Assembly: GCA_964252035.1 (NCBI GenBank)
Contig: OZ176207.1
Source: Podarcis erhardii
Taxonomy: Eukaryota
Length of the DNA: 64,000 nucleotides
Reading direction: 5' to 3' (one strand)
This document shows positions 25,966-37,575 of the stretch, piece by piece. Position numbers and translations under genes: made by a program. The notes below the pieces were generated by a model. The model was not told the origin of the DNA. It ran no database searches and worked only from the letters and a program-made list of their open reading frames with translations. Numbering within the stretch: position 1 is the first letter of the stretch; each line of letters begins with the position of its first letter.

Positions 25966-26826
25966 CTAAAAGAAGTTAATATTTTTGTTCACGTTAATAG
26001 TAAGATGCTGGTGAGTGTGTATAATAATTGCTATCTGAGGATAATGATGATATGGCATGACAACACACACAGTAGTACGACACACAACTCAACAGGCTAT
26101 TGTGATTAATTTAGTCCTTGTGGGAGGAAACTGAAAACAATGCTGTAGGCATGAATGGAGTAGCATTCAAACTGGCCATCATAGCTGTGGGATGTTTTGG
26201 AAAAGGAATGTTTGTTGGAAAGCAATCCAGGAGTTTTTGAAGTGTCATAGACCTTAAGGTAGCCTTCCTGAACCTGCCTGGAGCTATTGGTAGCTGCCGT
26301 CCAAAATTTGTGAAGGGCAACAGAAGTTGCCAAAAGGGTCTGTACAGCTTGTACTTATTTGCTCACACCGGCTGAAGGGATTCAAGAGGGAAGCCAGCCA
26401 GAGGAGAGGGTGCAAATGTACTAGTGGGCACAGTGGATTGGCTCCACTGGTATGCTTGCATTGCACCAACCTTTCCACCACATTGCCTCTCTCCTAGTAA
26501 GCCGCACTGAAGTCAGAACGCCCTGCAGACCACTGCTGCCAGTCACTTGCCACTGCTGATGACTCCTTGACAACTGTTATGAGTTTATATAATATGACCA
26601 ACAGCTACAGCAACATATTAAGAGTTACAACAAAGTATTTTATAGGACTTGCAGGGATACAACCTCAGTATACTCTGCCATTTTTCTGCTAATAACCTTC
26701 CCTTCGTTATGGCTTTTTTTAATCACATGGTATTGCAAAAATCAACCAGAAATGGGCTGAAAGAAATAAGTGCTGTTTTTAGCACAGTTCAAAGCAACAG
26801 AACATATGTTCATAAAATCCTCTTAC

Positions 26827-27005
26827 TTTATGTGGCCTATAGTAACCGTCAGTACACATGTCACAGTTTATTCCAGTGGTGTGTTGAGTGCAGTTTATAC
26901 ACACTCCGCCACCTTTGAACTGGCCATGAATGTTTAAACTTCTTTTCTGATCTGCCACACTCTGATCATAATAACAATCTTCTGCTTTGTTATGACAGTT
27001 GCATC
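26827..27005 (-). CDS. LAMA1: LAMA1 exon 8, LE (CNCHNKAEDCYYDQSVADQ...GYYRPHK), 179 nt
   Basis: Acceptor ttttAG, donor GTAAGA. Confidence 0.97.
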
Positions 27006-27490
27006 CTAAAAAGAAAGAAAGAAATTCACTTTCCATTTTTAAAAAAACAAAGCATAGCTAAACATATAAACAGTAGGGAAAAAACCCTGAACGTTTTCTG
27101 TACTATATGGCTTCTTACTGTGCATGTAGCAGCGAATATATACAGAACTGGCTTTTTAAAAACTGTGTTATGCAGTTCACACTGATCTAAAACTTTCACC
27201 ATTTATTAAAGTACATAATTACTAATAGTATTCTGGCTTCTTCCTCCTTGCTTTCTAAACTTCTCTCATTGTTGAAAAAGTAAAGCATGAATAAAACACA
27301 TTTACTAATTTTCTTGTGACTCTACATTTTAAAGCCCAAGAAGTCCTGCAGAGTTCTTCAAAATGAACTACTAGAACTGAAGCATCTGATTCCCTGCAAC
27401 TACTAAATGTAGTTCGGAGTATTTCTGCAGCACAAGCTGAAGACAGTAAATAGTCAGATGATACTTGCTAAAGTTAATGCTGTACAGCAA

Positions 27491-28140
27491 GGGCAAGGAA
27501 CCTTTTTCAGCCTGAGGGCCACATTGATTCATGGGCAACCTTCTAAGGGCCACATAACAGAAGTGGGTGTGGTCACAGCTGTTCATCCTCTAGCCACGCA
27601 AGCACAGTTCAAGAATGCTTTGCAGCCAGGAAAAAAACCACTAGTAACACTTGCAGAGCACAAGGAAGTGAGGAGTGTGGTTAACTGTGATGGGTAAAGG
27701 TAAAGGTACCCCTGCCCGTACGGGCCAGTCGTGTCCGACTCTAGGGTTGCGCGCTCATCTTGCTTAAGAGGCCGGGAGCCAGCGATGTCCGGAGACACTT
27801 CCGGGTCACGTGGCCAGCGTGACTAAGCGGCATCTGGCGAGCCAGCACCAGCGCAACACACGGAAACGCCGTTTACCTTCCCGCTATAAAGCGGTACCTA
27901 TTTATCTACTTGCCCTTAGGGGTGCTTTCGAACTGCTAGGTGGGCAGGAGCTGGGACCGAACGACGGGAGCTCACCCCGCCACGGGGATTCGAACCGCCG
28001 ACCTTGCAATCAGCAAGTCCTAGGCACTGAGGTTTTACCCACAGCGCCACCCGCGTCCCAACTGTGATGGGTATCATGGTCCAAATAAGAGCCTCGAGGG
28101 CCAGATAAAGAGACCTGAAGCCCACATTCAGCTTCCAGTC
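27491..28140. mobile_element. Old hAT-like MITE remnant interrupted by the 27697 SINE
   Basis: GGAACCTTTTTCAGCCTGAGGGCCACATT on the left and GAGGGCCAGATAAA on the right resemble hAT non-autonomous elements; ends are degenerate. Confidence 0.45.
27697..28059 (-). mobile_element. Sauria SINE, full length, young subfamily, intron 7
   Basis: Intact B box, CpGs retained, perfect 14-bp TSD AACTGTGATGGGTA (27683-27696 and 28060-28073). Confidence 0.94.
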
Positions 28141-28711
28141 CTAAGGTGCCCTATTCATATTGTACACGTACACATTAAAACAAGCATCTAATGAAACCAT
28201 TACTAACAGCTTACATAGTTCAAAGGCACAGTTTCCCATATGTGAAGAGAAACCAATATATACCACTGCTGTCATATCAGAAAACAAGGCAACCCATCAT
28301 GCATCTAGTTGGGTGTGCATATTAGGGGACACCATGTGCTCATTAGGGGTCACTGAATCAGGGACACAGAGATCAATTAAGATCTTACAAAGACATACTA
28401 TTTGAAAGCAAGTGCCATTGGGAATCATATATGGATGATAATGTTAAAAAGTGGTGGGATGCAATAAACTTGTAATTTAAAACCAAAAATAGTCATGGCA
28501 GATCTGCAAACCCCTAGCTTCACAAGCCTAGTGCAGATCTAACAGTCCCTGTAGTGCTAATATTAGAAATACAAGTACATCATATATTTTTAAAAAAATT
28601 AAGGCAGGTTCACCTACTTGGCCATTCCACAGGCTTCAGTGGTGGCTGGATTACATACCTAGTCAATGTTAAGGCAAGTGTATAGAGAAGCATCATTTTA
28701 GTGCTACGTAC

Positions 28712-28829
28712 TCTCACATTTGTTGCCAGCAGAAATGGTTCCTGGTCTCCACGGGGCCTGGTGGTAGCCAGGGCAACACTCATTACAGCTCTCACCGCAA
28801 GTATTGTGCTCACACTGGCACTGAAGCTT
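28712..28829 (-). CDS. LAMA1: LAMA1 exon 7, LE (KLQCQCEHNTCGESCNECCPGYHQAPWRPGTISAGNKCE), 118 nt
   Basis: Acceptor ttTAG, donor GTACGT. Confidence 0.96.
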
Positions 28830-29557
28830 CTAAATAAAAGCAAATTATGACACAGCTCTATTACCTAATGCCTTGGAAACAAAAATGCCTCTTTACCTGA
28901 GATCTTAGAACTAGCTTTTAAACATTTAGAGCAGCCTACAAGTTTGTATAGGACCATCTTGCCATGGTATAAAAATCTATCTTGGAAGAGCAGCAGAAAC
29001 TCATTCAACCTGTAGGAAGCAATGTAGTTCAGGGAAACTACAGTGTAAAAAGTGGTAAAAGGAGAGAGAAGGGAAGGGGGCAGAGTGAGGGGTAACCCGA
29101 GGTACCACTGCATATGGAAATAGCTGAAAGAATGAGCAAGGAAGACTTGCAAAATAACAAGAGTTTTGATAAGGTGTACACATCCTGAAACATAGTTTCT
29201 TTATTTCTATATTCCTATGCAATCCTAAAACGATCCACTGGAAGTATAGTTCTAATAATCCTGTAAGCCTTCCTCAGGCAGTCAGTGCAACACCTGTGCC
29301 ACATAGGCTGCACTACTTCAAAAGCCTATGCAGCGCAACACACATCTTTCCAGTATAGCTGAAAGGGCTGGAAGTGAGGGCAGACGACCCAGGCATTTAT
29401 AATCCCACTAAATAATGAGCAACCAAGTAATGAACTAAGACGTATTTCTGTAACATTAAAAACTGGTTTCTGCGACATTTTAGCGGTATTCAGAAATTTG
29501 TTTTTCTTGAGACAGATGGATGTTTGCAGAGGGGGTGACACAAGCAAACAAACATAC

Positions 29558-29647
29558 CTTTGTGACTTGATCCAAAGGACAGCTCCGAGCATGGCCATAG
29601 CAAATGCACATCCCTCCAACAGAGATGTCCTTTATTGAATAGTAGTA
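29558..29647 (-). CDS. LAMA1: LAMA1 exon 6, LN end / first LE ([30 protein letters not shown]), 90 nt
   Basis: Acceptor tttAG, donor GTATGT. Confidence 0.97.
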
Positions 29648-29933
29648 CTAAATAAAGCAAAGTTTGATTTATAAAATCAATTTCCTTTTAGTATTTGAAA
29701 CAAGAAGTGCCAAAGTTCTATTTTTTAAAAACAAACAAACAAATCTTTCAGTTCAGGTGAAGTTTATACTGGTCAGGACTTATTCATGGAAACGTAAATG
29801 AACAGGTATTTCTTTCTCTCCCTTCTCCCTGACATTTCTTTCTCTCCCTTCTCCCTGACACATACACAAAGAGCAAGAGCAGCAACAGCAGCAGCGGATC
29901 AGGTTTTCTCTTTTTGCTAGCATTACAATTCTT

Positions 29934-30559
29934 TTTTAAAAAAATTATTATTATTAATGTTATTCAAATACGAAAATAAAGGAAAAAAGAAAGAAAAAAT
30001 ATAACATTAAACACCATTATAACATTCCACCTACATACAAAATAAAGCAAATTACTATTACCCCATGTGACTTCCTTCCACCAATACTCGACATTCTTTA
30101 TATTTTCTTATTAATATTGCTTCTTTTATATATTATCTCTAATATTCCTAATATTAATTTCATCTATTTCGCCTTTACATACTTAGTCTATGCATATCAA
30201 CATGTTATCCTTAGAACAGTGTTTTTTCATGTAGTCCTCAAAGCATTGCCACTCCATTCTTAATTTTTGATTTGTTTGGTATCTTATGGCTGCTGTTAAC
30301 TTTGCCAATTCTATGAAATCACATAATTTATTTATCCAATCCTCTTTAGTGGGGATGGTTTCCCCTTTCCAATTTTTTGCAAGTACTAGTCTGGCTGCGG
30401 CCATCACATATAAAAATAGTCTTTTCTTATCTTGTGGGATATCTTTTCCTATTATACCCAATAGGTACGCCTCTGGCTTCTTTTCTATAGAAGTTCTAAA
30501 CATTTTTTTCAACTCTTCATGAATATATCCTGAGAATTTATTAATTTTCTCGCAGCCCC
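29934..30559 (-). mobile_element. 5'-truncated L1/Tx1-clade LINE (ORF2 C-terminus plus 3' UTR), intron 5
   Basis: Open frame WGCEKINKF...PEAYLLGII...AAARLVLAKNWK...DW..KL..FIELAKLT to a stop at 30183, typical of an L1/Tx1 ORF2 tail. AT-rich 3' end; 9-bp TSD ACAATTCTT (29925-29933 and 30560-30568). Confidence 0.85.
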
Positions 30560-31444
30560 ACAATTCTTATGCTATATGTCATAATCTACTACAAGTAAAG
30601 TAAAACTCTGCACAAATGTAAATCATTTGAAGCATAAATTACTCATTCAACTCAGAACTAATTTTGGCTTCAGGTATACCGATGTAACAACCAAAGAAGG
30701 TTTTTGAAAAACTCACTCATCTGTGAGAATGCTAATGAGATCAATTTGGTCCAGAGGCTTTTTCTGAGAATAGACAACATTCATTTTAGCTATTTTCAGA
30801 AGAGCTAAGTTAAACTAATAATTAGGGAGAATTGCTTAGCAAATGTAGCACTGACATGCCTTGATTCCCTCGATGAGGCAAACCATGCGTTCAAATGTAG
30901 ATTTGTGTCATCTGTCAAGCTTGTGTTGAACTTATACATTACATTGGTTATAGCGTCAAATAACAATAGTTCTCATGTGCTAATAATAATATCTACAACT
31001 AGATATTGTTTGAACTGTATCATGCAATCTTTCTTTAGCATACAGACAAGTACCATATAAAGGTATTAAACAAGAAGGGTATTTTTGGAGTTGTGATGGG
31101 GGGAAACAGAAAATAAATTGGGGGGAATTGTGTTGTGTTTGGTTTTTCAGTTTTAGGAACCAATTAGGAAAAGAACTGTAAGAATGTGGGGGCTGCGTGT
31201 TTCCACTCCTCACCATCCCCAATGTTTCTGGGTTCCCTCTCCCAGCCTTCACATCTCTAAGTACACATCTCTAAGTACTAAGTACTTTGGACATACATCT
31301 CCAGCTTCACAAGCCATGGATCATGAAGCCAGAAATGATCACTGAGGCTGCACACTCCTCAGTGTGGAGAGCCTGATTTGTTTTAATGTAATTCCCTGTT
31401 ACATATGAAATGGGGAACTCTGCTTTAACTCTGATTAACTAGTA

Positions 31445-31524
31445 CAGGGTGAGTCTTTTAAAAGAGGCCCCGTGGAACATGTGTACTCTGTATCCACGGG
31501 GCCTCTTTTAAAGGACTCACCCTG
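31445..31524. mobile_element. 80-bp palindromic Tc1/mariner MITE, intron 5
   Basis: 32-bp TIRs CAGGGTGAGTC(T/C)TTTAAAAGAGGCCCCGTGGA with 1 mismatch, 16-nt spacer, TA on both flanks. Confidence 0.92.
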
Positions 31525-31927
31525 TATAATAAACCAGGTTCATGCCCCAGAAATCCCAGTCGCATGGACAAATTTTACACTCGTTGGGCATCTTCTTACT
31601 GCTAGTGGACAAATAGCGGGCAAATGTGGAGGGTGCATGTGACTAGCCTACATGCTTTTAACACACGAGGCGCTTCATCTGAACCTGCCGCACTTTGGAA
31701 TGCATTCAAACGGCATAGTGCCTATGAGAGAATGCTGCTTTATAAAATTAGCATGTGACTTCAAGTCCCACAATGGGTTTCAATCTTTCATCAAGACCCA
31801 CTTAAGTACATTTACTAGTTTCAATGGGTCTACTTTGAGTAGAACAAGATGTTGAGAATCACCCAGATATAACACATATCCAATTCACATGGTTGGTTAA
31901 AACCCAGAAGAAAGCATCTACCCTTAC

Positions 31928-32107
31928 CCTTCTGGTAACAATAGGATCAACATCTTTAGGATCATGGTGGCTAAGGGTCATGAGGTCCGCATTAAGGTTT
32001 CTTATACGTTGTAATCGAAGCCGGATGTACCGTGCAGAAGTAAACTCCAATAATGTCGGTGAAGGGTCATCAGCACTAGGTCTACCATTGATCAACGATG
32101 TATGGAT
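31928..32107 (-). CDS. LAMA1: LAMA1 exon 5, LN (IHTSLINGRPSADD...DPIVTRR), 180 nt
   Basis: Acceptor ttttAG, donor GTAAGG. Confidence 0.97.
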
Positions 32108-33246
32108 CTAAAAAGAAATAATGGTTTCTGTATAAGCCTGTAAATAACACGTCAATGTTTCAAAATACCTTCTGGGTGAAAGTTTAAAATCAGCCTCTGC
32201 ACCCATCCCACTGTTCCCTCCACCACAACACCACAATACAAGCTGGGCATGTCTGTAAAGTAGTTACCAGGCTCAATACACCGTTGTGCTGTTCCTGCTC
32301 ACTGCTGTCCTCATTAAGGGTGTTGAATGAATTACTTTATAACTCACATCTCACAGAAATCGCTTTCCACTCCGCAGATTAAATGCTGAGAGTGCATTTT
32401 TTAATGGGCTTCTGCAGGACGAGGGCAAAGGAAAGCAGGCCTGTAGCTAAAACACTGGCATAGGGATGCAGAATGAAACACTCACTGGGGAAGCAGGAAT
32501 GTACTTGCCCTCAGCATTTTATGAACTTTCATACCAAGGCTTCAATGCTAGTTTTGATTCCCATGCAATGCATTATATACCCAACTAGATGAGCTGGAGG
32601 AAGAAAATCTAGGGAATAAAAAGATACACAGGAAGAACAAAGGCTGCCCCACAGTCTTCAATGTATTCTCGAGCACAACATAGTGGGGCAGCCCTTGGTC
32701 ACCCCAGATCTTTGGAATCTAATGCAGTCACCTTAGGTTATATTTGAATTAAACTTGTTTCTATTTCATTTTTATTATACAATAAAAATATGTTTTTGTA
32801 CTTAGGCTATAACCCTTCAGAAAATCGGTTAGCATCTCCTGTGAAATGTTCTAAGAACTCAAACATGTTGACTTGTAATTTACTACTGAAATCAATGCAA
32901 TTTACTCCTTAGTAAGTCTATTTAGAATTGGATTCAAACAATCTAAAATACTCAGCAATCTTAGGGTGATTTTCAACTAAGTTTTACTCAGAGGACACTG
33001 ACAAAAATTAACTGACTTAACTTAATCATTAGTTAATTTCCACAGATCTATTCTGAACAAACCTTAGTTGAATACACGCTTAGGCTTCAATCAACAGATT
33101 TCACCCCCTTCAGAGAAGGAGACAAGGGCTAAGCTAAAACATCCTGGAATCTGAACTAAAGTACCCAAATTAATTTCAGATTATGCTTCTGCTACAAATG
33201 TTGTTTTACACATCCCATTAAAAATCACATGACATACTTGCTTCTA

Positions 33247-33493
33247 CAGTGGAACCTTGGTTTATGGACGTAATTCGTGACGGAGGCATATCCGCAACCT
33301 GCAGCGATCGCCTTCTGAAGCGCCGCTTCTGTGCAGGTGCGATTTGGCGCTTCTGTGCCTGCATGAAGCACAATTTAGCGCTTCTGCACTTGTACGAAAC
33401 CCAGAAGTAACCCGTTCCGGTACTTCCAGGTTTCCCGTGGGCTGCAACCCGAAAACATGTAACCTGAAGCGTCCATAACATGAGGTATGACTG
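33247..33493. mobile_element. Tigger-like MITE, intron 4
   Basis: Ends CAGTGGAACCTTGG and GAGGTATGACTG, TA flanks, CpG-rich. Confidence 0.85.
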
Positions 33494-34355
33494 TATATGC
33501 ACATTTAGCCTAAAGTGTTAAAGTAACATGTAAAAAAGATAACATTGATAGCATTTTAGTCCCAAACACATTCAGAACTCTGAGAGCTTTCAGTCTAAGA
33601 AAGAATTTGGAATTGTTCTCTTAGTGGCTATTTTTATAAGGTCAACGCATAAAGACAGACATTCACAGTGAACTAGTCACAGATTTTAGAGCCTCATTTC
33701 CCGATGTCGCTGGCCTGGCTCTCTGATCTATAGTACAGAACCACTATGAACAGAGCTTGCTTTAAAGAAAGAACAATCAACTGTTGACCTGCACAATGCA
33801 TAGCTCTTTTAATTAGGCTCTCTCTTTGAAACAATGCCAAGTCCTCCTTCAGAGCTCAAGCTACACAGAGCAATTTAGACAGCATTTTTAATTTTATGAT
33901 CGAGTATCAGGTGATCCTTAAGAAAAGCATTTAAAAAAAACCCAGAGCCCAAGTTTACACAAGATAACAGGAACTCTCAACAATTCACCACTGTAGATGT
34001 GTTAAGAGGTGCAAAGTTTTTATAAATATCAACTGCAGCATCAAAGATAAGAGTGGGCTTCCTGTTCAGAAGCTGCTTCACCTCTCTCCCTGGAGTGAGA
34101 TCAACAATGAGCCTCCTCAAATATAAGCAAGCTTTCCCACAATAAGTAAAAAGTATTTTTAAAAAAATTGGGAAGATTCTGATCTTCAGAAACAAAATCT
34201 GCTGCAGCTGCTAATAATGCCAAATAAATCTTGATGGAGGAGAGAGAAGACCAGAATCTGAAGAAGCCTATAAAACTAAGCATAAGAGCAGAGTGGTTTT
34301 ACTACCCCCATGTCCAAGAATAAGAGGCATCTGAACAAACAAAAAGAAAACCTAC

Positions 34356-34598
34356 CTCTCCATGTTCAAGTGGGACTAGCTTAGAATAATAAGAAGTGCA
34401 GATAACTTCATCATCTCTCTTATATGTAGGAGGCCCAAGCCTTGGTGTTATGTTGTATCTTACTAGGCACTCAGTATCACTAACTGCATAGTACTGCCAT
34501 GGCTTGAAATCAGTCCCATCCAGAGAACGTTCCAAAATCCAGTTTCCAGGTCGGGGAGAATTAGCAGCTTTGATTATCACATAGGCAACTTGAAAGAC
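34356..34598 (-). CDS. LAMA1: LAMA1 exon 4, LN ([25 protein letters not shown]...VPLEHGE), 243 nt
   Basis: Acceptor ttgcAG, donor GTAGGT; within ORF 34302..34604. Confidence 0.97.
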
Positions 34599-36017
34599 CT
34601 GCAAGCAATGTAAGGGGGGGGGAATGCAAGACTTAGTACTAACCTATGAAAATATAGTTTTTCAGAGTAGCTCAAAACCCAGGTTTCAACTATCTAACAT
34701 CTATAATTATTTCTCTAATTTTTAATGCTCTTGTTTGCAATGGAAATTGCTTTTAGCTCAATTTCCATAGCCTACACTTAAGTTAAATAAATACAACCCC
34801 AACTTCAAATGCTATTTCCTATTTGGCCTTTACACAAGAGTTCACAAAGTTCAAATTTCTATAATTTCAGAAGTTCGTACATTAGGACAAGGCATGTCCT
34901 GGACAAGCATTAAAACAGGACGTGTACATGCAAAGCATCTTGCTATACATAACATAATACAGAAAGTTGCACAATAAACAGTCCCTCAAGAATCCGCTGT
35001 TAGTTTCTATTGGCCTCAGGAAAGCATGCCAAAATGTTTCCTTCAGGCTGAATGTATAGAAAAAAAGAATCCTGATGACCCAAAATATTATGAAGATTTA
35101 GATTTTTTAAAAATGCACTAAGGGCATAAGCAACATTCAGCTTCATCCCTCAAATCACAAAAAATTCCTCCAAGCACTGTAGGAGAAAGAGCTTCATGTA
35201 ATTACTAGAAAAACCAGTTCTGAACCAAACTTCAACCACAAGACCTAATGAGATCCGCACAAACACTCTGTAGGTGCTGGAACTCATTTCCAGCTGCAAC
35301 CTGCCCTTATCAAAGAAGTGATTCATACGGATTTAGGACAACTATAGGTCCTGTTAGAATACAAATTGTGAGTATTATCATAATTATTGTTTTTCCAGCA
35401 GAAGTCACTGTAATAAATAAGGAATCATCCAAGTACTCATTTAGAGTGATATCCCCATTGTGGCATCCTGCCTGTACATCAGACTTCTGCTTCTGCAAAC
35501 AGGACTTATCATTCCTCTCCTCTCCCCTGCTGTCCCCATGCACCCCCAAAATTTACTCCAGCGGGGTGGGTATCCTACAGATCAGATGGGGTGTGGGGAA
35601 GGGAGGAAGGGAAATTCCAATGCATACACCAGTACAACCTATGCTCTTATGTGAAATGTGCAGTAAGTCCAACAGTCAAATGCACTTATACGGTCACAGT
35701 GAGCAAGATCCACCCCTTGTTCTGGTGCGGCAGTAAGGACTTACCAACACCTTTCCTCCACTCTTTCCAGGCATAGTCCGTGATTTTAAGTTCTGTGCCT
35801 GAGTATCCTTCATTAAGTAATGCATTAGGAAGTGTAAGAAAGACAGACAACCATTTTGGAGTTTTTTAAAAAAACCAAAAACCCAAACTCCCAGTCTACC
35901 AAGGAGATCCCTCCCTTAACCTCTCTCCACTGTACTTTCTATAAACCAAAGATAAGTAGGAATTCTTTGATCATGCAACACAACAAAGCTACATACTTTT
36001 ATACAATTTTTACTTGC

Positions 36018-36130
36018 CTGTCTTAAATCCAGAGTTATGGTTATCCAGTGGTATTCTCTTCCGTTCTGAATGCTAGGACTTTGCCACCAGTTATTAGTAC
36101 CATCTATAGCATTTGAGATAGGGTGTTGTT
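36018..36130 (-). CDS. LAMA1: LAMA1 exon 3, LN (EQHPISNAIDGTNNWWQSPSIQNGREYHWITITLDLRQ), 113 nt
   Basis: Acceptor ttttAG; donor CAG|GCAAGT (GC donor); WWQS LN motif. Confidence 0.96.
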
Positions 36131-36376
36131 CTAAAATAAGCAAAAACAAATTAAGATCACGTTTCCCCTCTTCCCCCCTCCACTTTTGCTGTTTTTGGTT
36201 ATCATGATTATGATCTTACTAGTAAAGTACACAGGTCATATACTATGAGCCCATGGTGGCTATGAGCCAGTTTTCCCTGATATCTGAGTCAGATCTTTGA
36301 AAGTGGGTTTCTGGTGTTCTTATTTTATGCATTTTATTTCATTTGTTACCCACAACTGGTATGTTTATGATAAATA

Positions 36377-36393
36377 TGTGTGTGTGTGTGTGT
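36377..36393. repeat. (TG)n microsatellite, about 8 units
   Basis: Read directly. Confidence 0.9.
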
Positions 36394-36435
36394 ACACACA
36401 AGATTAAGTGGTATATGAATTTGTACAAATAAATA

Positions 36436-36743
36436 AAGGTAAAGGACCCCTGACAGTTAAGTCCAGTCGCAAACGACTCTGGGGTTGCGGCGCTCATTTT
36501 GCTTTACTGGCCAAGGGAGCCGATGTTTGTCTGCAGACAGTTTTTCCGGGTCATGTGGCCAGCATGACTAAGCCGCTTCTGGCAAAACCAGAGCAGCGCA
36601 TGGATACACCATTTACCTTCCCACCAGAGCAGTAACTATTTATCTACTTGCACTTTGACGTGCTTTCCAACTGCTAGGTTGGCAAGAGCTGGGACCGAGC
36701 AATGGGAGCTCACCCTGTCGCGGGGATTTGAGCCGCCAACCTT
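36436..36743 (-). mobile_element. Sauria SINE, 5'-truncated, intron 2
   Basis: Body and tail of the 20296-type subfamily. TSD AATTTGTACAA(A)TAAATA with a 1-nt indel (36418-36435 and 36744-36760). Confidence 0.9.
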
Positions 36744-36836
36744 AATTTGTACAATAAATACTACCTCCAATATTGGAGGCTATATGCCTCTGAGTATCAG
36801 CTTCTGGGGGGCACAAGAGGAGAGAGTGCTGTTATA

Positions 36837-37206
36837 AAGGTAAAGGTAAAGGTACCCCTGCCCGTACAGGCCAGTCGTGTCCAACTCTAGGGTTGTGCGC
36901 CCATCTGACTTAAGAGGCCAGGGGCCAGCGCTGTCCGGAGACACTTCCAGGTCACGTGGCCAGCGTGACGAAGCTGCTCTGGCGAGCCGGCACCAGTGCA
37001 GCACACGGAAACGCAATTTACCTTCCCGCTATAAAGCGGTACCTATTTATCTACTTGCACTTAGGGGTGCTTTCGAACTGCTAGGTGGGCAGGAGCTGGG
37101 ACCGAAAGACGGGAGCTCACCCCGACGCGGGGATTCAAACCGCCGACCATACGATCGGCAAGTCCTAGGCACTGAGGTTTTACCCACAGCGCCACCCGCG
37201 TCCCCT
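36837..37206 (-). mobile_element. Sauria SINE, full length, young subfamily, intron 2
   Basis: Close to the 27697 copy; perfect 13-bp TSD GAGTGCTGTTATA (36824-36836 and 37207-37219). Confidence 0.94.
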
Positions 37207-37575
37207 GAGTGCTGTTATAGTCATCTCCTATTTTAAGACTCCCCATAGACATCTAGCTAGCTACTCTGAGACAAGTATGCTGGCCCAGATGTGCCTTTGT
37301 TCTGTGTCTTATATTTTGGGGGTGGGGGAGAGTAATATGGACAAGCACAACATAAATTCAGATAGAATAAAACTTTCACACAGAACATAAATGCATTCCA
37401 GACAAAAATAACACAATTAAATTTTAAAAAACAGAATTTTGTTTCAGTCGCCACTGATTCCACTGGGATTACTTTGGATTGCAGTGCCTAAGCCAGTTGC
37501 ATTCTTGAACCAGCTGAATACCATAGTCAGTGTCTCTTGGAACAGCCAGAAAAAAGTATAAAGTAGTGAACTTGC

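Noticed and set aside
26779-26826. Read-through of exon 8 into intron 8 as a LaNt-like isoform
   Set aside because: Strong GTAAGA donor, stop after 15 codons, and no sense-strand poly(A) signal seen nearby.
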